In this document: positions 50,655 through 62,235 of the stretch, piece after piece
Layout of the letters: each line of letters starts with the position of its first letter
Position numbering within the stretch: the stretch's first letter is position 1
NCBI GenBank assembly: GCA_050290705.1
Contig: JBNKIC010000026.1
Coordinates: 365,699-429,698 of the forward strand
Direction: 5' to 3'
DNA length: 64,000 bases
Source of the DNA: Paracoccaceae bacterium
Lineage (GTDB): Bacteria; Pseudomonadota; Alphaproteobacteria; Rhodobacterales; Rhodobacteraceae
Made by a program: the position numbers and the translations under genes
The notes under the pieces: model-generated
What the model saw: only the letters and a program-made list of their open reading frames with translations
Database searches by the model: none
Told to the model about the DNA's origin: nothing

Positions 50655-51338
50655 CTAGCAGGCAGGCCCCTGTTCGGCGGTCTCGCTCACGTCTTGGGCG
50701 GCAAGCTCTGCAAGCTGGGCGTTCAGATCGTCGATCACGTCGAGCCACATCTTGGTGGGCTGCGCGCCCGAGACCACATGCTGCCCGGCGATCACATAGG
50801 TCGGCACCGCGCGCACGCCCTTCTGGCGGGCATCCTCATCGCGGGCCTTAAGGTCATCGCGGTCGGCATCGCTGTCCAGCAGCCGCGCCACGACCGCCCG
50901 CTCCATCCCGCAGGCCTCGGCAATATCGGCCAGCACCTTGTGGTTGCTGATATCACGCCCCTCGGCGAAATTCGCCCGGAATAGCGCGCTGACCACCTCT
51001 GCCTGTTTGCCCTCCAACGCGGCCCAATGCATGAGCCGGTGCGCATCAAGCGTATTGGGCATCCGCGTCATCTTTTCGGGGGCAAACTCCAGCCCGGTCG
51101 CTTGCGTTTCTTCGGCCACTTGCGCGTCGGCACGGGCCTCGCCATCGGGGCCAAAGAGCTGCTCCAGATAGTCCCGGCGGGAAATGCCCTCGCGCGGGAA
51201 GTCCGGGTTCAGTTGAAACGGGTGATATTCCACCTCGAACGGATGGTTCGGGCGCTCGGCCAGCGCACGGTCAAGCCGGCCTTTGCCAATATAGCACCAG
51301 GGACAAACGGGGTCAGAGAAGACGATAAGTTTGATCAT
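50655..51338 (-). CDS. DsbA/FrnE family oxidoreductase
   Basis: SDPVCPWCYIG, PFQLNP, NTLDAHRL, GVRAVP, VSGAQ. Confidence 0.9.
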   Translation of the reverse strand: MIKLIVFSDPVCPWCYIGKGRLDRALAERPNHPFEVEYHPFQLNPDFPREGISRRDYLEQLFGPDGEARADAQVAEETQATGLEFAPEKMTRMPNTLDAHRLMHWAALEGKQAEVVSALFRANFAEGRDISNHKVLADIAEACGMERAVVARLLDSDADRDDLKARDEDARQKGVRAVPTYVIAGQHVVSGAQPTKMWLDVIDDLNAQLAELAAQDVSETAEQGPAC

Positions 51339-51503
51339 GCCTCCCATTTATCTTGCGTGCCTGCGACGGGAAACCCGTTTTCGGAAAACTTGTTGTGAAT
51401 AGGAAATCCGCCGCGCGCAAAACCGGCTGTCAGGGCAGGGCGCGCGGCTGGCAGTGCCTGCGCGCAGTTGCACGGGCAGGCGCAGAGGGCTATTTGATCT
51501 GCC

Positions 51504-52133
51504 ATGGAACAGGACCCAGCCAAAGAACCAAGCCTGATCGCGCTGGCGCGCGAGAGCGGCCATGATGCCCCCGATCCGCAGCCTTTGAACCTTGGCGTGC
51601 GGGTGCGGGAGCTGCGCAAATCGCGTGGCTGGACGCTGGAACAGGCGGCCAATCAGGCCGGTCTGGCCCGCTCGACCCTGTCGAAGATCGAAAACGGCCA
51701 GATGAGCCCTACCTACGAGGCGCTGAAAAAGCTCGCCGTGGGCTTGGAAATCTCGGTGCCCCAGCTTTTCACCCAGCCGGAAGATCCGCGCGTGTCGGGC
51801 CGCATGGCGGTGACGAAATCCGGCGAAGGCCAGTCCCACCCGACCACGACCTATGAGCATGAGCTGCTGGCCAGCGCGCTGACCAAAAAGGCGATGCTGC
51901 CCTATCGCGCCCGGGTGCGGGCCCGCAGCTTTGAAGAGTTCGATGGCTGGGTGCGCCATGACGGCGAGGAGTTCCTCTATGTGCTCACCGGCGCGATCCG
52001 GCTGATCACCGAGTTCTACGAGCCGGTCGAGATGCGCCGGGGCGACAGCGCCTATTACGATGCCTCGATGGGCCATAACGTGATCTCGGTCTCGGAAGAA
52101 GACGCCACCATCCTCTGGGTCACCTCGCTCTGA
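51504..52133 (+). CDS. XRE-family HTH regulator with cupin domain
   Basis: WTLEQAA..AGLARSTLSKIENGQMSP; HDGEEFLYVL, GDSAYYDA..GH. Confidence 0.9.
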   Translation: MEQDPAKEPSLIALARESGHDAPDPQPLNLGVRVRELRKSRGWTLEQAANQAGLARSTLSKIENGQMSPTYEALKKLAVGLEISVPQLFTQPEDPRVSGRMAVTKSGEGQSHPTTTYEHELLASALTKKAMLPYRARVRARSFEEFDGWVRHDGEEFLYVLTGAIRLITEFYEPVEMRRGDSAYYDASMGHNVISVSEEDATILWVTSL

Positions 52134-52270
52134 CATCTCGGCGGCTGCGCCCTGATGCTCCCAGGGAACAATGACGTTTTACGACGTATAACCTGTGCCT
52201 CTTGTCGTTTTTTTCGTGCTTGGTGAGTGCAGGGTTGATATGCGCGGCCAACGAGTATTCGAGGTGAGCC

Positions 52271-53533
52271 ATGCTGGACGTGCTGAAATCTTCCTGGGCG
52301 CTGCTTTTGGGTGTCATGCTGCTGATGGTCGGCAACGGCATTCAGGGCACCCTGCTTGGTGTGCGCGGCGGCATCGAGGGCTTCACCACCTTCGAGATGT
52401 CGGTGGTGATGTCGGGCTATTTCCTGGGCTTCCTGGGCGGCTCGCGGGCCACACCGTTCTTGATCCGCCGGGTTGGCCATGTGCGGGTCTTCGCCGCCCT
52501 CGGCTCGTTTATCTCGGCGGTGCTCATTCTTTTCCCGGTGGCGGTAGACCCGATCGCCTGGACCCTGCTGCGCATCCTGATCGGCTTTTCCTTCTCGGGC
52601 GTCTATGTCACCGCCGAAAGCTGGCTGAACAACGCCGCCAGCAACGCCAATCGCGGCAAGGCGCTGTCGCTCTACCTCATCGTGCAGATGATCGGCATCA
52701 TTTCGGCACAGGGGCTGGTTCTGGTCGGCGATCCGAGTGGCTTCGTGATGTTCATCCTGCCGTCGGTGCTGGTGTCCATCGCGTTTGCGCCGATCCTTCT
52801 GTCGGTCAGCCCCACCCCGGCCTTCGATACCACCCGGCGAATGACCCTGCGCGATCTTTACAAGATTTCGCCGCTGGGTCTGATCGGGATGCTGCTGATG
52901 GGCGGGGTGTTTGCCGCGCAATGGGGCATGGCGTCGGTCTTTGCCACCGAGGCCGGGCTGTCGAGCTGGCATCTGGCCCTGTTCATCTCGACCATCTATG
53001 TCGGTGGGCTCTTGCTGCAATATCCGATTGGCTGGATTTCCGACCGGGTTGACCGGCGCGCGCTGATCATCGCCATGGCCCTGCTCGGGGCCGGGGGCGC
53101 GATGGTGCCGCTGCTGGTGCCGGACAACTTCGATGCTATTCTGGTGGCGGCCTTCATGATTGGCGGCACCTCGAACCCGCTTTATGCACTGATCATCGCC
53201 TATACCAACGACTTTCTGGATATTGACGATATGCCTTCCGCCTCGTCCGGGCTGATGTTCGTGAACGGTCTCGGCGCGATCACCGGCCCGCTGGTCACCG
53301 GCTGGGCGATGGGCCGCTTCGGGCCGAACGGCTATTTCCTCTATCTCGCATCCGTCCTGCTGGTGATGGTGGCCTATGGTCTCTGGCGCACCACCCAGCG
53401 TGCCTCGATCGCCGTGGAAGATACCGCAAGCTACGCGCCGGTTCTGCCCTCGGCCTCGCCGGTTGCCATGGATATGGCGCAGGAACTTTATGCAGAGGCG
53501 GTTGAGGAAGCTGCAGAAGACAGCGCCGCCTGA
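52271..53533 (+). CDS. MFS transporter (YcaD-like)
   Basis: RRVGHVRVFA, ESWLN, QYPIGWISDRVDRR, PLYAL..AYTND. Confidence 0.88.
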   Translation: MLDVLKSSWALLLGVMLLMVGNGIQGTLLGVRGGIEGFTTFEMSVVMSGYFLGFLGGSRATPFLIRRVGHVRVFAALGSFISAVLILFPVAVDPIAWTLLRILIGFSFSGVYVTAESWLNNAASNANRGKALSLYLIVQMIGIISAQGLVLVGDPSGFVMFILPSVLVSIAFAPILLSVSPTPAFDTTRRMTLRDLYKISPLGLIGMLLMGGVFAAQWGMASVFATEAGLSSWHLALFISTIYVGGLLLQYPIGWISDRVDRRALIIAMALLGAGGAMVPLLVPDNFDAILVAAFMIGGTSNPLYALIIAYTNDFLDIDDMPSASSGLMFVNGLGAITGPLVTGWAMGRFGPNGYFLYLASVLLVMVAYGLWRTTQRASIAVEDTASYAPVLPSASPVAMDMAQELYAEAVEEAAEDSAA

Positions 53534-53635
53534 TCCGCAGCAACATCGGGGAAAAAAGCCCAGATTTTCCCTTGCGGCAATGTAAAGGTTTTGCAACGCT
53601 ATCCTTGCCCGAATAGGAGCCAAGGAGAAAGAAAC

Positions 53636-54226
53636 GTGGTGAAACCAGAGGAAATCCTGAGCTACTGGCTCGACGAGGTCGGCCCGCAAGGCTGGTATCG
53701 TGGCGGTGAGGCGCTGGACGCGGAAATCCGGGAGCGGTTCCTTCCTCTTTGGGAACAAGCGCAGCGCGGCGAATTGCGGGGCTGGCTGAGCAGCCCGGAA
53801 CACACATTGGCCTATCTCATTCTCGTCGATCAGTTCCCGCGCAACATGTTCCGCAATGATGAACGTGCCTATGCAACCGATTTTGCCGCTCTTGCGGCGG
53901 CGAAATGCGCCATCAGCAAAGGCTGGGATCAGCGTATTGCCGAACCGGCGCGGCAGTTCTTCTATCTGCCGCTGATGCATGCCGAAAGCCAGATGGATCA
54001 GGATCGCTGCGTGCGGATGATGCTGATCCGGATGCCGGAAACCGGGCTTGAAAACCTCAAACATGCGATTGCGCATCGCGAGATAATCCGTCGTTTTGGC
54101 CGCTTCCCGTTCCGCAATGACGCGCTGCACCGGGTCTCGACCGCGACGGAAGTCGAATTTGAGAACGAAGGCGGTTATGGCGCGGTTCTGCGCGCGGTGC
54201 GCATGCCCGACCGGCTTTCGGCCTAA
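53636..54226 (+). CDS. DUF924 family protein
   Basis: EILSYW, ILVDQFPRNMFR, FFYLPLMHAE, HREII.RFGRFP.RN; GTG start after AAGGAG. Confidence 0.88.
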   Translation: MVKPEEILSYWLDEVGPQGWYRGGEALDAEIRERFLPLWEQAQRGELRGWLSSPEHTLAYLILVDQFPRNMFRNDERAYATDFAALAAAKCAISKGWDQRIAEPARQFFYLPLMHAESQMDQDRCVRMMLIRMPETGLENLKHAIAHREIIRRFGRFPFRNDALHRVSTATEVEFENEGGYGAVLRAVRMPDRLSA

Positions 54227-54460
54227 GCGGCTGGTAGGTCCCTGGCGCTGCGGATCGGTGCCGGGGTGGGGCGACATAACGCGCGCGCTTTGACCCATAG
54301 CTTTGATAGTGGGCGTGGCTTTCCGGTCATGCCCATTTCCTTGCGCCGGTTTCCCTGTAAGATGCGCCTCAATGGGGCAGGCCCGGGGCGATTTTCGCTC
54401 CGGAAGCCTGCCTTGCACGGGGCTCATAGCGGCATTCCGCAAGCCTCATTGAACGTAGTC

Positions 54461-54490
54461 AAAAAGTAGTTTAATACCAAACTACTTTTT
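54461..54490. promoter_or_regulatory. 12-bp perfect inverted repeat immediately before the lpdA RBS
   Basis: AAAAAGTAGTTT-AATACC-AAACTACTTTTT followed by CTC-AGGAGG. Confidence 0.65.
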
Positions 54491-54504
54491 CTCAGGAGGC
54501 AGAC

Positions 54505-55911
54505 ATGGCCGGAAAATCCTATGATGTGATCGTGGTTGGTGCGGGGCCGGGCGGCTATGTGGCAGCGATCCGGGCGGCGCAGCTCGGGCAGAAGGTGGCC
54601 GTGGTCGAGCGCGAGCATCTTGGCGGCATCTGCCTCAACTGGGGCTGCATCCCCACCAAGGCGCTGCTGCGCTCTGCCGAGGTCTTCCACCTGATGCACC
54701 GCGCTGGCGAGTTTGGCCTGTCGGCGGATAAGATTGGCTATGACCTTGATGCGGTGGTGAAACGCTCGCGCGGCGTCGCCAAGCAGATGGAAGCGGGCGT
54801 GAAGGGCCTGTTGAAGAAAAACAAGATCGACGTGATCTTCGGCACCGCCACGCTGCCCGCCAAGGGCAAGGTCTCGGTGAAAACCGAGGCAGGCAGCGAA
54901 GAGCTGACGGCGAAAAACATCATCCTCGCCACCGGTGCGCGCGCCCGCGAGCTGCCGGGGCTTGAGGCCGATGGCGATCTGGTCTGGACCTACCGCCACG
55001 CGCTCGCGCCCACCCGGATGCCGAAGAAGCTTCTGGTCATCGGCTCCGGCGCGATCGGCATCGAATTTGCCAGCTTCTTCAACACGCTGGGCGCCGATGT
55101 AACGGTGGTTGAAGTGCTCGACCGGGTGCTGCCGGTGGAAGACGCCGAGATTTCGACCTTCGCCAAAAAGCAATTCGTCAAACAGGGCATGACGATCATG
55201 GAAAAAGCCATGGTCAAGCAGCTCGACCGCGTGCCGTCCAAGTCGGGTGGCAAAGTCACCGCGCATATCGAGGCGGGCGGCAAGGTTGAAAAACAAGAGT
55301 TTGACACCGTGATCTCGGCCGTGGGCATTGTCGGCAATATCGAAAACCTTGGGCTGGAAGCGCTCGGCGTGAAGATCGACCGCACCCATGTGGTGGTCGA
55401 TGCCTTCTGCCGCACCGGTGTCGAGGGGCTTTATGCCATCGGCGACATCGCCGGGGCGCCGTGGCTCGCGCATAAAGCCAGCCATGAGGGCGTGATGGTG
55501 GCCGAGCTGATCGCCGGGCAACACCCCCACTCGGTGCGGCCCGAAAGCATCGCCGGCTGCACCTATTGCACCCCGCAAGTGGCCAGCGTCGGCTACAGCG
55601 AGGCGAAGGCCAAAGAGCTGGGTTACGACATCAAAGTCGGCCGCTTCCCCTATATCGGCAACGGCAAAGCCGTGGCGATGGGCGAGGCGCAGGGGCTGGT
55701 GAAAACCGTGTTTGACGCGAAAACCGGCGAGCTGCTGGGCGCCCATATCGTTGGCGCGGAAGCCACCGAGCTGATCCAGGGCTATGTGGTGGGCCGTCAG
55801 CTCGAGACCACCGAAGAAGACCTGATGAACACCGTCTTCCCGCACCCGACGCTGAGCGAAATGATGCATGAAAGCGTGCTCGACGCCTATGGTCGCGTGA
55901 TCCATATGTAA
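54505..55911 (+). CDS. lpdA: Dihydrolipoamide dehydrogenase
   Basis: GAGPGGY, GGICLNWGCIPTK redox disulfide, GSGAIG, PHPTLSE. Confidence 0.96.
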   Translation: MAGKSYDVIVVGAGPGGYVAAIRAAQLGQKVAVVEREHLGGICLNWGCIPTKALLRSAEVFHLMHRAGEFGLSADKIGYDLDAVVKRSRGVAKQMEAGVKGLLKKNKIDVIFGTATLPAKGKVSVKTEAGSEELTAKNIILATGARARELPGLEADGDLVWTYRHALAPTRMPKKLLVIGSGAIGIEFASFFNTLGADVTVVEVLDRVLPVEDAEISTFAKKQFVKQGMTIMEKAMVKQLDRVPSKSGGKVTAHIEAGGKVEKQEFDTVISAVGIVGNIENLGLEALGVKIDRTHVVVDAFCRTGVEGLYAIGDIAGAPWLAHKASHEGVMVAELIAGQHPHSVRPESIAGCTYCTPQVASVGYSEAKAKELGYDIKVGRFPYIGNGKAVAMGEAQGLVKTVFDAKTGELLGAHIVGAEATELIQGYVVGRQLETTEEDLMNTVFPHPTLSEMMHESVLDAYGRVIHM

Positions 55912-55935
55912 CGGACCGTCGTACCAGCTGATCGC

Positions 55936-55973
55936 AAAACGCCCCGGATCCAGCGCGGATTTCGGGGTGTTTT
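55936..55973 (+). terminator. Terminator of lpdA
   Basis: AAAACGCCCCGGATCC...GGATTTCGGGGTGTTTT. Confidence 0.6.
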
Positions 55974-55987
55974 CATGTGGTTAGATC

Positions 55988-56022
55988 AAAAAAATGCCCC
56001 CCAACCGTCAGGCCGGGGGGCA
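55988..56022 (-). terminator. Terminator of the rhodanese gene
   Basis: AAAAAAA-TGCCCCCC...GGGGGGCA; U-tract on the minus strand. Confidence 0.6.
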
Positions 56023-56063
56023 AGAACACCCAAGATTGGATGCGAGGAAAATCAGGCGCGCAG

Positions 56064-56432
56064 TTAGGCGCGCACGATGGCACCACCGGCCATCTGCCAG
56101 TGGCCGAGGCCACCGATGTTGTGCACTTCGGCAAAGCCCGCTTGCTGGAACACCTGCGCGGCCATCGAGGAACGCGCGCCCGAGGCGCAATAGACGGCCA
56201 CAGGTTTGGTCACATCAAGCTCGGGGTGAAAATCGGGGCTGCGCGGATCAGCCTGCATCCGGATCACTGCCAGCGGAATGTTGATCGCGCCTTCGGCCTT
56301 GCCGGTCATCTGCAGCTCGTTCGGGTCGCGCACGTCGACCACGATGATCTCGCCGTTTTTCGCTTTTTCGACAGCCTCTTGCGGGCTCATACGGGGGGTG
56401 CCGCCCTGACGGCCCATCATAAAGTTCAACAT
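56064..56432 (-). CDS. Single-domain rhodanese/sulfurtransferase
   Basis: VVDVRDP.E, GAINIP, active loop YCASGARS, GGL..W..AG. Confidence 0.9.
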   Translation of the reverse strand: MLNFMMGRQGGTPRMSPQEAVEKAKNGEIIVVDVRDPNELQMTGKAEGAINIPLAVIRMQADPRSPDFHPELDVTKPVAVYCASGARSSMAAQVFQQAGFAEVHNIGGLGHWQMAGGAIVRA

Positions 56433-56506
56433 TATCAGTCCTTTTCAGTCGCCATAGGCCACCCGTGGTGAGGAGTCGGGAGGCTCTCAGTTGCCGTTGG
56501 GGCTAA

Positions 56507-56530
56507 TAATATTCACGAAATGGAATATTA
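56507..56530. promoter_or_regulatory. SqrR/BigR-type operator ATTC-N8-GAAT
   Basis: TAATATTC-ACGAAATG-GAATATTA, ~75 bp upstream of the rhodanese start. Confidence 0.6.
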
Positions 56531-56577
56531 CAAGGGGCGGTTTCAGCCCCTTTGAAAAATTCTGAGCGCGGGTCCGC

Positions 56578-58278
56578 CTAGTCCCCCGTCTCTGTCTCTG
56601 TCACGGTCACCGTCTGCCGGGCGATGATCGTGCCGTCATTGCCGCCCAGCAGATAGCGCAGCTCCCAGATCCCCGGCTCTTTCGGGGCTTTGATCGTCAG
56701 CGGGTTGCCGTGGCGTGGATAGGCGCTTGCATCATGCCGACGGGCCGGATCGTCGGGATGGGCAAAACTGATCAGATCGCGGTAATTTGCAGGGCCGGTG
56801 AAGCCCACCTCGACCTTGCTGCCCGCCGCCACCTGCTCGGGCGCGGTAAGCGTGGCGCTGACCGGGGTCAGGGTGATCGGCTGGCGCACCAGCACCTTCA
56901 CCCCGTTATCATTGGCCACATAAAGCAGGTCATACTCGCCGGGCGCCGCCGGAGCCTGAAAACGCGCCGGGTTGCCGTTGCCGCTATAGGCATAAGACAG
57001 GCGCGCGTGCTCATCTTCGCCGCGCGGCACGATGGCGATGTAATCGCGGTCATAATTGGGGCCGGTCCAGCCGACCGACAGTTCGCGCCCGGCGTCCAGG
57101 CTCGCGGGCGCCTCCAGCCGGGCGGCAACCTCGGTCAGGTGGATCGGCTGGCGGGCCAGCACACTTGCGCCGTCATTCAGCACATAGCGGATTTCATAAT
57201 CCCCCGGCTGCATCGGCAGGCGCAGCGCCACCGGATTGCCGGTTTCGGTATAGGTCTTCGCAGTCATCGCGCCTTCATTTGCGTCAGGCTCGGTGACCGA
57301 AACATAGTCATGGAGGCCGTCCGGGCCGGTCCAGCCGATGCTGATCGTATCCCCCGCCGCAGCCTCAGCCGGGCCAGAGACGCTGGCGGGCGGCAGATAG
57401 GGGGGCAGAACCAGCGTGACGGTTTGCGGCGTGTCGCCCACGGTAAAGTCGGCCTCAACGCTGGCCGCATCGGCAAGGCGGCGCACCTCGGCATGACCGC
57501 TGCCGGGCAAAAGCGAAAGCTCAGGCTCAGGGCTGTCGGCACTCTCGCCCACCAGCACCCCATCCGCCTCGGTGGTGATGCTCCAGACGATCCCTTGCCG
57601 GATCACCGGACCATCCGCGCCCTCTCTGGCCTGAAACTGCACCCGGGCCGGATCCGGCGGCGGCGCGGTCACCACCACCGCCAGCGCATTGGCCAGATCC
57701 TCGGCATTGGCGGCGGTGCGGAAGCTGCCACCGGTCTCGTCCGCCAGGCATTGCAACTGCGCCAGCGCCGCCGGATCGGCGACATCAAACCCGATCACAT
57801 GGGCGGTGAAATCCACGCCTGAGCTTTCGAGCTGCCGCCCCACCGCGCAGGGGTCCATGTTGCAGGTTTCGATCCCGTCCGACACAAGGATTACCGTGGC
57901 CGGGGCTTCGGTGTATTTCAGCGCTTCGGCCGCCTGCAGAACCGCCGCCGAAAGCGGGGTTTTGCCCTTGGGATTGATCGCGTTCACCGCAGCGGCAATC
58001 GCCGCGCGGCTGGCGCCCGGCTGGGCCAGCATCTCGATATCACTGCAATCGCCCTTGCGACGGTGGCCATAGCTCATCAGCCCCAGCTCCATATCGGCGG
58101 GCAGGCTGGTCAGCAGATCGCCGATCACATCGCGTGCGATGACAATCTTGTTCACCCCGTCCACCTGTCCCCACATCGAGCCGGAACCATCGAGCACCAG
58201 CACGGTTTTCGGGGCCTCCTGTGCCAGCAACGGCAAGGGCAGGGCGAGCATCAACAGGGTCAGGAACAGGCGCAACAT
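56578..58278 (-). CDS. Secreted VWA-domain protein with three C-terminal Ig-like repeats
   Basis: Signal peptide; MIDAS DGSGSM, TPL, SDG.ETC; three repeats of AG..v.WTGP...D...Y...GNP...P..PG.YE.RY. Confidence 0.85.
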   Translation of the reverse strand: MLRLFLTLLMLALPLPLLAQEAPKTVLVLDGSGSMWGQVDGVNKIVIARDVIGDLLTSLPADMELGLMSYGHRRKGDCSDIEMLAQPGASRAAIAAAVNAINPKGKTPLSAAVLQAAEALKYTEAPATVILVSDGIETCNMDPCAVGRQLESSGVDFTAHVIGFDVADPAALAQLQCLADETGGSFRTAANAEDLANALAVVVTAPPPDPARVQFQAREGADGPVIRQGIVWSITTEADGVLVGESADSPEPELSLLPGSGHAEVRRLADAASVEADFTVGDTPQTVTLVLPPYLPPASVSGPAEAAAGDTISIGWTGPDGLHDYVSVTEPDANEGAMTAKTYTETGNPVALRLPMQPGDYEIRYVLNDGASVLARQPIHLTEVAARLEAPASLDAGRELSVGWTGPNYDRDYIAIVPRGEDEHARLSYAYSGNGNPARFQAPAAPGEYDLLYVANDNGVKVLVRQPITLTPVSATLTAPEQVAAGSKVEVGFTGPANYRDLISFAHPDDPARRHDASAYPRHGNPLTIKAPKEPGIWELRYLLGGNDGTIIARQTVTVTETETGD

Positions 58279-58426
58279 GGATCAATCCCACTTGGAACAA
58301 TGAACTGGCGTCAGCCTAGCGCGTTGCCGCGCCTTGCAAACGAGGGCGATTGCCGCATCCCGTTCTTGTAGCACAGCGCTGCAGCCAAATGGTTACCGGT
58401 AAAATCGACGGCGTCCCCTTGCCGAT

Positions 58427-58441
58427 GTTCCTACTACGTTC
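58427..58441. promoter_or_regulatory. LexA box upstream of uvrA
   Basis: GTTC ctactac GTTC (GTTC-N7-GTTC). Confidence 0.85.
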
Positions 58442-58504
58442 TAACTTTGCGATTGGCGGGGCTGGCGCAATCGCGTATGGAAGCCGGGTGAAACGAGGTG
58501 GTCC

Positions 58505-61422
<2,918 letters not shown>

Positions 61423-61426
<4 letters not shown>

Positions 61427-61848
61427 GCACGCTCCGCCCGACGTTGGGCGCCATCGGCGTGGTGTTGCATGAAGGCCAAGCCCTGCTGGTCCAGCGTGCC
61501 AAAGCGCCGGATAAAGGCCTCTGGGGCTATCCCGGCGGCCATGTCGAGCTGGGCGAGACGGTGGCCGAGGCCGCCGCGCGCGAGCTGCAGGAGGAAACCG
61601 GGCTGCTGGTCACGCCCGGCCCGGTTCTGGGCACGCTCGACCTCATCCACCGCGACCCGTCCGGTGCGCTTCAAAGCCATTTCTTCCTTGTCGCCGTCGC
61701 CTGCCACTACCAGGCGGGCACGGCTAGAGCTGCCGATGACGCCGCCGCCGTCGCCTGGGTCGATTACGACCAAATCCTGCGCGAAGAGCTGCCGATGAGC
61801 GAGTATGTTGCGGCGCTGCTGATGAAGGCAAGGGCGGCGCTGGGGTAG
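61423..61848 (+). CDS. NUDIX hydrolase
   Basis: Nudix box [24 protein letters not shown]; ATGA-coupled to uvrA. Confidence 0.9.
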
Positions 61849-61964
61849 GGGGGAGGCCAGCTACCCGTCCGTGCCGGTGTCTAGACTTAGGAAAAAGCGG
61901 ACGCTAGCCGCAGCTTCCTTTACCTAATCAACGAGGGCATCGTCCGAACCGAGGGAGGGCGAGA

Positions 61965-62015
61965 AGCGCCCGCCCGTGGGGGCGGTTCGGGCGCTGCCCG
62001 GCGTATCCGCCGGGC
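61965..62015. repeat. REP-like double hairpin
   Basis: AGCGCCCG...CGGGCGCT directly followed by GCCCGGCG-TATC-CGCCGGGC. Confidence 0.5.
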
Positions 62016-62235
62016 GATGATGCGAAGATTGAGCCAGGGTGTGTCGTCTGGGTGGTCTAGGTCGGGAAGGCGGGACTATACTGACGTTCATCCAAATTTG
62101 TCTAAGGTCCGCTTCATCCAAAGGGTCAAAGAGAGTGCACGGAAAAAGATGTGAGCACAGCGCGGTCAAGCTAATCTTGCGACAAGACACCCAGACGTCG
62201 TAGGCTCTGTGATGAAGATGTAGTTGGAACCGTTA

